Assembly (NCBI GenBank): GCA_037443725.1
Contig: JBBINU010000004.1
Location: forward strand, 111,451-175,450
DNA length: 64,000 nt
Reading direction: 5' to 3'
From: Actinomycetota bacterium
GTDB lineage: Bacteria > Actinomycetota > JBBINU01
Part shown: piece after piece, positions 57,205 through 64,000 of the stretch
How positions within the stretch are numbered: the first letter of the stretch is position 1
How the letters are laid out: each line of letters starts with the position of its first letter
Translations under genes and position numbers: made by a program
Notes under the pieces: generated by a model
Database searches by the model: none
What the model was told of the DNA's origin: nothing
What the model saw: only the letters and a program-made list of their open reading frames with translations

Positions 57205-58641
57205 CTAGATGTCGTAATACAGGTAGAACTCCCACGGGTGCGGGCGGAGACGTACCTCATCTACCTCCCTCTGCCTCTTGTAGGTAATCCAGGTCTCGAT
57301 CACATCCTCGGTAAAGACTTCCCCTTCCAGAAGGAAGTCGTGATCGCTCTCGAGAGCCGCGAGGGCCTCGTCCAGGCTGGCCGGGACCTTCTCCACCCTG
57401 GCCAGCTCCTCCGGGGGAAGATGGTAGATGTCCTTGTCTACCGGCTCGGGGGGCTCGATCTTGTTCCTTATCCCGTCCAAGCCAGCCATGAGCATAGCGG
57501 CGAAAGCGAGATACGGATTGCAGGATGGATCGGGAACGCGGAACTCGATCCTCTTGGACCTGGGAGACTTGCTGTACACGGGGATCCTCACCGCCGCCGA
57601 CCGGTTCCTCTGGGAGTAGACAAGGTTCACCGGAGCCTCGTAGCCGGGAACAAGGCGCCGGTAAGAGTTGGTGGTGGGGGCCACCAGGGCACAGAGGGCA
57701 TGGGCGTGAGCAAGCAGACCCCCTATGTACCAGCGGGCCAGGTCGGAGATCTGAGCGTATCCGGTCTCGTCCCAGAAGAGGTTCTCCCCATTCCTCCAGA
57801 TGCTCTGGTGCACGTGCATGCCGGATCCGTTGTCCCCGAAGATGGGCTTGGGCATGAAGGTGACGGTCTTCCCGTGTCGCCACGCCACATTCTTCGTAAT
57901 GTACTTGTAAAGCATCACCCGATCCGCCATCTCCAGGAGGGAGCCGTAACCCATGTCGATCTCGGCTTGGCCTGCGGTACCCACCTCATGGTGGTGAACC
58001 TCCACAGGTATGCCGCACTTCTTCATGGTCAGCACCATCTCGCTCCTCAGATCCTGGTAGTGGTCCATGGGGGGAACGGGGAAGTATCCCTCCTTGTACC
58101 TGGGCTTGTAGCCAAGGTTGGGGTTCTCCTCCTTCCCCGAGTTCCACACCCCCTCCACAGCGTCCACGTGGTAGTAGCCCTCATGCTGGTTCTGATCGAA
58201 ACGGACGTCATCGAAGATGTAGAACTCTGCCTCGGGACCCCAGTAGGAGACCTCGCCGATGCCGGTGGCCTTGAGGTAGATCTCGGCCTTCTGGGCGATG
58301 TACCGGGGGTCCCGGGTGTAGGGCTGCCCCGTAACCGGGTCCTTCACGAAGCAGTTGATGAGCAGCGTCTTGTGCTCCCGGAAGGGGTCCAGGACGGCAG
58401 TGGAGGGGTCCGGGATGAGGATCATGTCGGACTCCTGGATCTCTTGATATCCACGGATGGAGGAACCGTCGAAGCCGTAGCCCTCGCGAAAGCCCTCCTC
58501 CGTGAGCTCCTCGGCGGGGATGGAGAAGTGCTGCATGAGACCGGGGAGGTCACAGAAGCGGAGGTCCACTATCTCAACGCCCTCGCGCCTCGCAAACTCC
58601 ACCACTTCTTGAGGCGTCCTCACATTCCCTCCTTTCTCCAC
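57205..58641 (-). CDS. glnA: Glutamine synthetase, type I-beta (478 aa, adenylylation-site Tyr context [10 protein letters not shown] present)
   Basis: Full GSI-beta length and motifs. The start is a GTG at 58641, or the GTG at 58623 after AAAGGAGGG. Confidence 0.9.
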   Translation of the reverse strand: MEKGGNVRTPQEVVEFARREGVEIVDLRFCDLPGLMQHFSIPAEELTEEGFREGYGFDGSSIRGYQEIQESDMILIPDPSTAVLDPFREHKTLLINCFVKDPVTGQPYTRDPRYIAQKAEIYLKATGIGEVSYWGPEAEFYIFDDVRFDQNQHEGYYHVDAVEGVWNSGKEENPNLGYKPRYKEGYFPVPPMDHYQDLRSEMVLTMKKCGIPVEVHHHEVGTAGQAEIDMGYGSLLEMADRVMLYKYITKNVAWRHGKTVTFMPKPIFGDNGSGMHVHQSIWRNGENLFWDETGYAQISDLARWYIGGLLAHAHALCALVAPTTNSYRRLVPGYEAPVNLVYSQRNRSAAVRIPVYSKSPRSKRIEFRVPDPSCNPYLAFAAMLMAGLDGIRNKIEPPEPVDKDIYHLPPEELARVEKVPASLDEALAALESDHDFLLEGEVFTEDVIETWITYKRQREVDEVRLRPHPWEFYLYYDI

Positions 58642-58762
58642 GCCTCTTCCCTCTTAGGGCCCGGCCCCTCTCCCGATGGACCAGAAAGAGCCAGGAAAGC
58701 CAGCTCGAGCGCACGCTAGAGCACTCTCATTAGCGCCCCGTTGCCCGGAGGTTACAAGAGCG

Positions 58763-59431
58763 TTAATCGGCGCTGACCTCGGGCGAGAACTCCACCAGCC
58801 CGTGCTCGATGGCGTATCTCACGAGCTCGGCCCTGCTCCTCAGGCCGAGCTTCTGGTAGATGTGGGACTTGTGAGCCTCCACGGTCCGGCGGGAGAGGAA
58901 GAGCTCGTCGGCGATCTGCTGCTGGGTGTACCCGAGAGCCAGGAGCCTCAGAATCTCCTTTTCCCGCGGGGAGAGGGGTGTGGGGGGTCCCCTCCTTCCA
59001 GCCGCGGCAGCGGAGTGTGCCAGCTGCCCGCCGAGCACCGGATCGAGGTAACTCCCGCCCCTGTGAAGCATGCGGATGGCCCTTATGAGCTCCTGGTCGG
59101 CGGCCTCCTTAAGCAGGTACCCAGAGGCTCCCGACTCTACCGCTCGCCTCAAGTAGGCCAGGTCGTCGAACATGGTAAGGACCAGGACCCTGGAAGAGGG
59201 CGAGACCCTCTTCACCTCTCGGGTAGCCTCCACACCTCCAATCCCGCGCATCTTGAGGTCCATGATGACCACGTCGGGTGAGAGAGCCCTCGCCTTCTCC
59301 ACCGCCTCCTCGCCCGAGGCAGCCTCGCCCACAGCCTCCATGTCCGGCTCCGCATCCACAATCCTCCGCAGCCCAGCCCGGACGATGGTGTGGTCGTCCA
59401 CGATGAGGACCCGGATCTTCCCCCCGCTCAT
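58763..59431 (-). CDS. NarL/FixJ (LuxR-type HTH) response regulator
   Basis: Receiver (VLIVDDH ... VVIMDLKM ... LLK) plus a GerE HTH. Confidence 0.85.
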   Translation of the reverse strand: MSGGKIRVLIVDDHTIVRAGLRRIVDAEPDMEAVGEAASGEEAVEKARALSPDVVIMDLKMRGIGGVEATREVKRVSPSSRVLVLTMFDDLAYLRRAVESGASGYLLKEAADQELIRAIRMLHRGGSYLDPVLGGQLAHSAAAAGRRGPPTPLSPREKEILRLLALGYTQQQIADELFLSRRTVEAHKSHIYQKLGLRSRAELVRYAIEHGLVEFSPEVSAD

Positions 59432-60570
59432 ACCCTCTCGCCCCCGCCCTCCTTCACCGACCCCAAGGGTATCTCCACAACCACCGTCGTGCCTTCCCCC
59501 GGGCCCGACTCGAGATGGACCTTCCCGCCCAGAAGGGCTGCCCTCTCCTCCATCCCCGCCAGCCCCAGCCCTCTACCACCCTGCCTCGCAACCTCGGGGA
59601 CGAACCCCACTCCGTCGTCCTCCACGACAGCCTTGAGGGTCTCGCCGTGCCTTTCCAGGACCACGCTCACGTGCTTTGCCTTGGCATGCTTGTAGGCGTT
59701 GGTCAGGGCTTCCTGAACCACACGGTAAACAACGGTCTCCACCTCCCGGGGAAGCCCGCCTTCGAGCCCGAAGGCGTGGAAGGAGAACTCGAACCCTCCC
59801 TTCTCGGCCAGTTCCCGCAGCTGCCTCTCGGTCGCCTCGGTCAGGCTGAGGTCGTCCAGGGCGGGGGGTCTCAGGGCCCACGCCAGGTCCCGCACCTCCC
59901 TGGCTGCCCGCGCGACCTCCTCTCGGAGTCCCTTTACCCTCTCCCTCACCGCCTCCAGGGTCTCGGCGGTCTCTATGTGCCTTAAGGCCAGAAGAACGGA
60001 GATGAGGGCCTGGCCGGCCTGGTCGTGCAGTTCCCTCGCGACCCTCTTCCTCTCCTCCTCCTGGGCCCGGATGACGGCCCTGAGGAGGTCCGCCTTCTGC
60101 CTGGCTGTTGCCACCGCTGCATCCCTCTCGCTCACAGCCCGGGCCCTCTCCACCTCCTCCGACCTCAAGGAGAGGTTTTCCAGGATGAGGAGGGCGAGGG
60201 CTCTTAAGGTGGCGAACTCAGTTCCCCCAAGATCCGCCGAGGGCCCGCGGAGCAGGAAGGCGCCGAAGATCCTCTTCCCCCTTGCTAGCGGGAGAAGCTC
60301 CCACCCCGCCGCTACGGGCTCCCCTGCAAGCACCGCCCTCTCCCACCCCTCCGGCGCCTCCTCTCCCACGCACGCAGCCGTTCCGTCGGGGGAGAGAAAG
60401 ACCAGACAACAGGAGGCAGCTCCCGCGAGGACCCTCGCCGACCTCGCCATCTCCTCGAGCAGCTCTGTGGCAAGTTCACCCGAAAGAACGAGGCCGGCCA
60501 GGCGATCCAGCATTTCAGCAGATCCTCGGGAGCTGCTCCCCGGCAAGCATGTCCACGACCCGGGTCCCAC
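59428..60570 (-). CDS. GAF-HisKA_3-HATPase sensor histidine kinase (DesK/DosS-like, cytoplasmic)
   Basis: H-box ELHDQAGQAL and an ATPase domain. The N-terminal ~140 aa are GAF-like. The ORF N-terminus overlaps the hypE end. Confidence 0.8.
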   Translation of the reverse strand: MGPGSWTCLPGSSSRGSAEMLDRLAGLVLSGELATELLEEMARSARVLAGAASCCLVFLSPDGTAACVGEEAPEGWERAVLAGEPVAAGWELLPLARGKRIFGAFLLRGPSADLGGTEFATLRALALLILENLSLRSEEVERARAVSERDAAVATARQKADLLRAVIRAQEEERKRVARELHDQAGQALISVLLALRHIETAETLEAVRERVKGLREEVARAAREVRDLAWALRPPALDDLSLTEATERQLRELAEKGGFEFSFHAFGLEGGLPREVETVVYRVVQEALTNAYKHAKAKHVSVVLERHGETLKAVVEDDGVGFVPEVARQGGRGLGLAGMEERAALLGGKVHLESGPGEGTTVVVEIPLGSVKEGGGERV

Positions 60571-61588
60571 CCACCCTCGTCCTCATCACGACCGTTCCGG
60601 GATGCTCGGCCGTTACGCTACCAATGAGAGCGGCCTGCCTGCCAAGGGGGGTGGAGCGCATGGCCTCGAGGACCGCGGCGGCCGCCTCGGGGTCCACCAC
60701 AGCTACCAGGCACCCCTCGTTGGCAACGTAGAGGGGGTCCAGGCCGAGCATCTCACACGCGCCCCTCACCTCCTCGGGCACGGGGATCGCCTCTTCCTCC
60801 AGGACCATCCCCACCTTTGACGTCCGCGCAATCTCGTTCAGGGCGCTCGAGAGCCCGCCCCTGGTGGGGTCCCTCATGCACCTCAAAAGGTGGTAGGAAC
60901 CCTCCAAAGAGGCGAGGATGGACTCCACGAGGCTCCAGAGGGGGGCCGTGTCGCTGGCCAGCTCCGTCTCGAACTCGATCCCCTCCCTCACGCTCATCAC
61001 AGCGGTCCCGTGCAGCCCGACGGGCCCCGAAAGGAGAATCGAGTCTCCGGGTCGGCAGCGGCTAGCCGAGAGCTCCACCCCGGGATGGACCACGCCTACC
61101 CCGGTGGTGGTTATGAAAAGCTTGTCTCCCTTCCCCCGGTTGACCACCTTGGTGTCCCCCGTGACCAGGGCCACCCCGACCCGCCGGGCAGCCTCCGCCA
61201 TACTCCGGACCACCTCTTCGAGCTCGGCCATGGGCAGGCCCTCCTCGAGGATAAAGGCGGCCGCCATCCAAAGGGGCCTCGCTCCGCCAACGGCAAGGTC
61301 GTTCACGGTGCCGTTCACAGCCAGGGTCCCGATGTTCCCCCCAGGAAAGAAGATGGGGGAGACCACGTAAGAATCCGTGGTGATGGCAAGCCGCACACCG
61401 TCCCACTCGACCACCGCCTGGTCGTTCAGGGGCTCAAGAGCTGGATTCTTGAACAGGGTGAGAAAGAGGTCGGAGATGAGCCTCGAGGTCATCTTCCCAC
61501 CGCTGCCGTGACCGAGAAGGACGCGGTCGTACTCGGAGATGGGAACAGGACACGTGAAATCCTCCGGTGAGACGCTGCCCATCCTCAC
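60515..61588 (-). CDS. hypE: [NiFe]-hydrogenase maturation protein HypE
   Basis: PurM-like fold ending in the HypE-specific C-terminus ...PRIC. Confidence 0.9.
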   Translation of the reverse strand: MRMGSVSPEDFTCPVPISEYDRVLLGHGSGGKMTSRLISDLFLTLFKNPALEPLNDQAVVEWDGVRLAITTDSYVVSPIFFPGGNIGTLAVNGTVNDLAVGGARPLWMAAAFILEEGLPMAELEEVVRSMAEAARRVGVALVTGDTKVVNRGKGDKLFITTTGVGVVHPGVELSASRCRPGDSILLSGPVGLHGTAVMSVREGIEFETELASDTAPLWSLVESILASLEGSYHLLRCMRDPTRGGLSSALNEIARTSKVGMVLEEEAIPVPEEVRGACEMLGLDPLYVANEGCLVAVVDPEAAAAVLEAMRSTPLGRQAALIGSVTAEHPGTVVMRTRVGGTRVVDMLAGEQLPRIC

Positions 61589-62700
61589 CTCCCGCCGGAC
61601 CCCGCCGCCTGCCTCGCAAAGCGGCCGTACTGATAGTAGGCGGCGCAGGCGCCCTCCGAGGAGACCATGGGAGCCCCCAGGGGCCTCTCCGGAGTGCAGC
61701 TCACCCCGAAGGCCTCACATTCGTGGGGCTTGATAAGGCCCTGGAGGACCTCGCCCGCGCGGCAAACGGGGGACTCCTCGGCCGCCACCCGCCCAACATC
61801 GAACCTGAGCTCCGCGTCGAACTCCCGGTACTCTTCGCGGAGGCGGTATCCAGACCTGGGGATCTCCCCCACCCCCCGCCACTTCCTGTCTGTAACCTCG
61901 AAGACCTCGAAGATAAGCCTTTTCGCGGCGGGGTTCCCTTCCCTCCTCACACTCCTGGTGTACTGGTTCTCCACCCGGTGGGACCCTTCCTCCAGCTGCC
62001 TGAGGAGCATATACAGCCCCTGAAGTATGTCCATGGGCTCGAAACCCGCCACCACCATGGGTACCCGATGCCTCTCCGCCAGGGGCTCGTACTCCTCGTA
62101 ACCCATGACGGTGCAGACGTGACCGGCCAGCAGGAAACCCTGAACCCGGTTGGTGGGGGAGGAGAGTATGAGCTCCAGGGCGGGGGGGACCAGGACGTGG
62201 GCCACGAGGGCCGAGAAGTTTCGCACCCCCAACCTCTTCGCCTGCCAGACCGCCATGGCGTTGGCGGGAGCGGTGGTCTCGAAGCCCACGGCGAAGAAGA
62301 CCACCTCCCGATCGCGGTTCTCTTCAGCGAGCTTGAGAGCGCCCATGGGAGAGTAAACGACCCGGACGTCGCCACCCTCCGCCTTCACGGTGAGGAGGTC
62401 CTTCTCGGACCCAGGCACCCGGAGCATGTCCCCAAAGGAGCAGAAGATCACCTCCGGGCGGCTGGCAATGGCCACCGCTCTATCTATCAGCTCGAGGGGC
62501 GTGACGCACACCGGGCAACCGGGGCCGTGCACCACCTCCACACCATCGGGCAACAACTCGTCTATGCCGAACTTCACTATCGTGTGGGTCTGGCCGCCGC
62601 AGACCTCCATCACAGTCCAGGGCCTCGTCACCCGGGCCCTTATGAGGTCCACCAGCTTCCGCGATGCCTCCGGGTCTCGGTACTCGTCCACGAAGCGCAT
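61585..62700 (-). CDS. hypD: [NiFe]-hydrogenase maturation protein HypD
   Basis: [13 protein letters not shown] and the C-terminal CPVC Fe-S motifs. Confidence 0.9.
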   Translation of the reverse strand: MRFVDEYRDPEASRKLVDLIRARVTRPWTVMEVCGGQTHTIVKFGIDELLPDGVEVVHGPGCPVCVTPLELIDRAVAIASRPEVIFCSFGDMLRVPGSEKDLLTVKAEGGDVRVVYSPMGALKLAEENRDREVVFFAVGFETTAPANAMAVWQAKRLGVRNFSALVAHVLVPPALELILSSPTNRVQGFLLAGHVCTVMGYEEYEPLAERHRVPMVVAGFEPMDILQGLYMLLRQLEEGSHRVENQYTRSVRREGNPAAKRLIFEVFEVTDRKWRGVGEIPRSGYRLREEYREFDAELRFDVGRVAAEESPVCRAGEVLQGLIKPHECEAFGVSCTPERPLGAPMVSSEGACAAYYQYGRFARQAAGSGGR

Positions 62701-62954
62701 CAGAACTCCCCCCCGGACCCAACTCCCCCCAGCTCCCCCATGGTCTCGAGGAACCGGAAGACCTGCCTGGCCTCTTCCTCGTCCACCCTGGAGATGGCGA
62801 AGCCGACGTGGACCACCACGTAGTCACCGGCCTTAACTTCAGGCAGGTACTCCAAGCAAGCTTTCCTCGAGACCCCTCCGAAGTCGACCTTCCCCATCCG
62901 GAGGCCCGCCTCCTCCCAGACCTCCACCACCTTACCCGGCACTCCCAGGCACAC
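62700..62954 (-). CDS. hypC: [NiFe]-hydrogenase maturation chaperone HypC
   Basis: Starts [12 protein letters not shown], with the essential Cys2. Confidence 0.85.
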   Translation of the reverse strand: MCLGVPGKVVEVWEEAGLRMGKVDFGGVSRKACLEYLPEVKAGDYVVVHVGFAISRVDEEEARQVFRFLETMGELGGVGSGGEF

Positions 62955-63141
62955 GCTCCCCTCCTTCCTCCTCTACCCTGCTCAGGGCCACCCCCGCCTC
63001 CACCAAAACCAGGTCTCCCGGGGCGGCCCCGGGAAGGGCCTCCAGCCAGACCACCGCCCGCGCCCCCCCAACCTCCACCTTTCCCACCCGTAGCCCCCCT
63101 TCCTCCCAGACCTCGATGACCCTTCCGAGATAAGGGCTCAT
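62932..63141 (-). CDS. HypC-like paralog lacking the N-terminal Cys2 (starts MSPYLGRVIEV)
   Basis: HypC-like OB-fold pattern (GRVIEVWEEGGLRVGKVEVGGARAVVWLEAL ... GDLVLVEAGVALSRVEEE), but no cysteine anywhere in the protein. Confidence 0.5.
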   Translation of the reverse strand: MSPYLGRVIEVWEEGGLRVGKVEVGGARAVVWLEALPGAAPGDLVLVEAGVALSRVEEEGGERVPGSAG

Positions 63142-64000
63142 CCCCTCCCCCTCCCGGCCGCCGCCAGGGCCCGCCTCTCCCCCTGAAGCCTCGCCGCCGC
63201 AACGGCGGCCTGGCCCAGGCAGATCCCGCCATCGTTGGCCGGAACCTTCCGGTGAAGCAGCACCCTGAAGCCCTCCCCTTCAAGCATCGCCACAGTGGTA
63301 TCAAGAAGCAGCAAGTTCTGGAAGACTCCCCCGGAAAGAGCCACTCTGTCCTGGCCGGTCTCCTCCCTCAGCTTGAGGAGGACCTCCCTCACAGCCAGGG
63401 CAAGGCCAAGATGGAACCGGGCCCCCACGACGCCGGGAGGGGATCCGTCAGCCACATCGCGGGCGGCGGCCTCCACCGCCGGCACGGGGTCGAGAATGAT
63501 CCCGCCCCCCGCAACGACATGACAGCAGAAGGGGTAGGCCTCATCTTCGCGCACCCTCACGCTTCTCGAGAGAACTTCCAGCTCGACGGCGGCCTGTCCC
63601 TCGTAGGTGACCTCCTCCCGGATCCCTGCCAGAGCAGCCACAGCGTCGAAAAGCCTCCCCACACTTGATATGAGCGGCGAGTTCACCCCTCGGGCTGCCA
63701 TTCGAAGGCAGTTCCGCCACCTTCTGGGATCGATCCGCTCAAGAAGAGGCAGGGGGAGTCCTAGATGGCCCTCTCCGAAGGCCCTCTCTAGCCAGACCGC
63801 CGCCATCCTCCAAGGCTGTTTGATGGCCATGGTCCCCCCGGGCAGAGGGACCGGCTTAAGGTGTGCGAGCCTCGAGTAGTCCACCAGGTCTGCGAGGAGA
63901 AACTCCCCTCCCCAAAGGGTTCCGTCACCCCCGTACCCCAGCCCGTCAAAGGCGACACCCAGAGCCGGCCCGGCGGTGCCATTCTCTGCCAGGCAGGAGG
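63138..64000 (-). CDS. hypF: Carbamoyltransferase HypF, C-terminal Kae1/YrdC-like part; the N-terminus lies beyond the window end
   Basis: The frame is open to the window edge (...LGVAFDGLGYGGDGTLWGGEFLL ... SGGVFQNLLLLD ... NDGGICLGQA). Confidence 0.85.
   Translation of the reverse strand, partial: SCLAENGTAGPALGVAFDGLGYGGDGTLWGGEFLLADLVDYSRLAHLKPVPLPGGTMAIKQPWRMAAVWLERAFGEGHLGLPLPLLERIDPRRWRNCLRMAARGVNSPLISSVGRLFDAVAALAGIREEVTYEGQAAVELEVLSRSVRVREDEAYPFCCHVVAGGGIILDPVPAVEAAARDVADGSPPGVVGARFHLGLALAVREVLLKLREETGQDRVALSGGVFQNLLLLDTTVAMLEGEGFRVLLHRKVPANDGGICLGQAAVAAARLQGERRALAAAGRGRG

Overview
This is a 64 kb, ~70% GC window with no rRNA, tRNA, CRISPR array or obvious mobile element. About 85% of the coding sequence lies on the minus strand and is housekeeping, in a gene order typical of Firmicutes: rny, recX, recA, thpR, cinA, pgsA, rimO-like, rodZ, ftsK, rnj, dapA, thyX, ddl, murF, dapB, an M16 peptidase, pnp, rpsO, ribF, truB, nrnA, rbfA, ylxP, infB, ylxR, nusA, rimP, proS, ispG, rseP, dxr, cdsA, frr, pyrH, tsf, rpsB, sigD-like, xerC, dprA, comM and yraN. 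The second half holds a complete pstSCAB-phoU-phoR-phoB locus, tandem GSI-alpha and GSI-beta glutamine synthetase genes next to an atypical OmpR-type regulator, a GAF-kinase/NarL two-component pair, and a hypF-hypC-hypC'-hypD-hypE [NiFe]-hydrogenase maturation cluster that runs off the window end. Small accessory redox inserts interrupt the core order: a DUF3105, Trx-fold and redoxin cassette between dxr and cdsA; a HybE-like gene divergent from a CoADR/Nox-family flavoprotein plus a two-domain PDO-like glutaredoxin, sharing a repeat-rich control region; and a hemerythrin-like gene beside a DsrE-like gene. I could not identify one unambiguous novel multi-gene system; the findings list the best candidates and the checks that would settle each. 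Many long antisense ORFs in the provided track are high-GC artefacts and were rejected. Where ORF starts overlap upstream genes, the true starts are probably internal.
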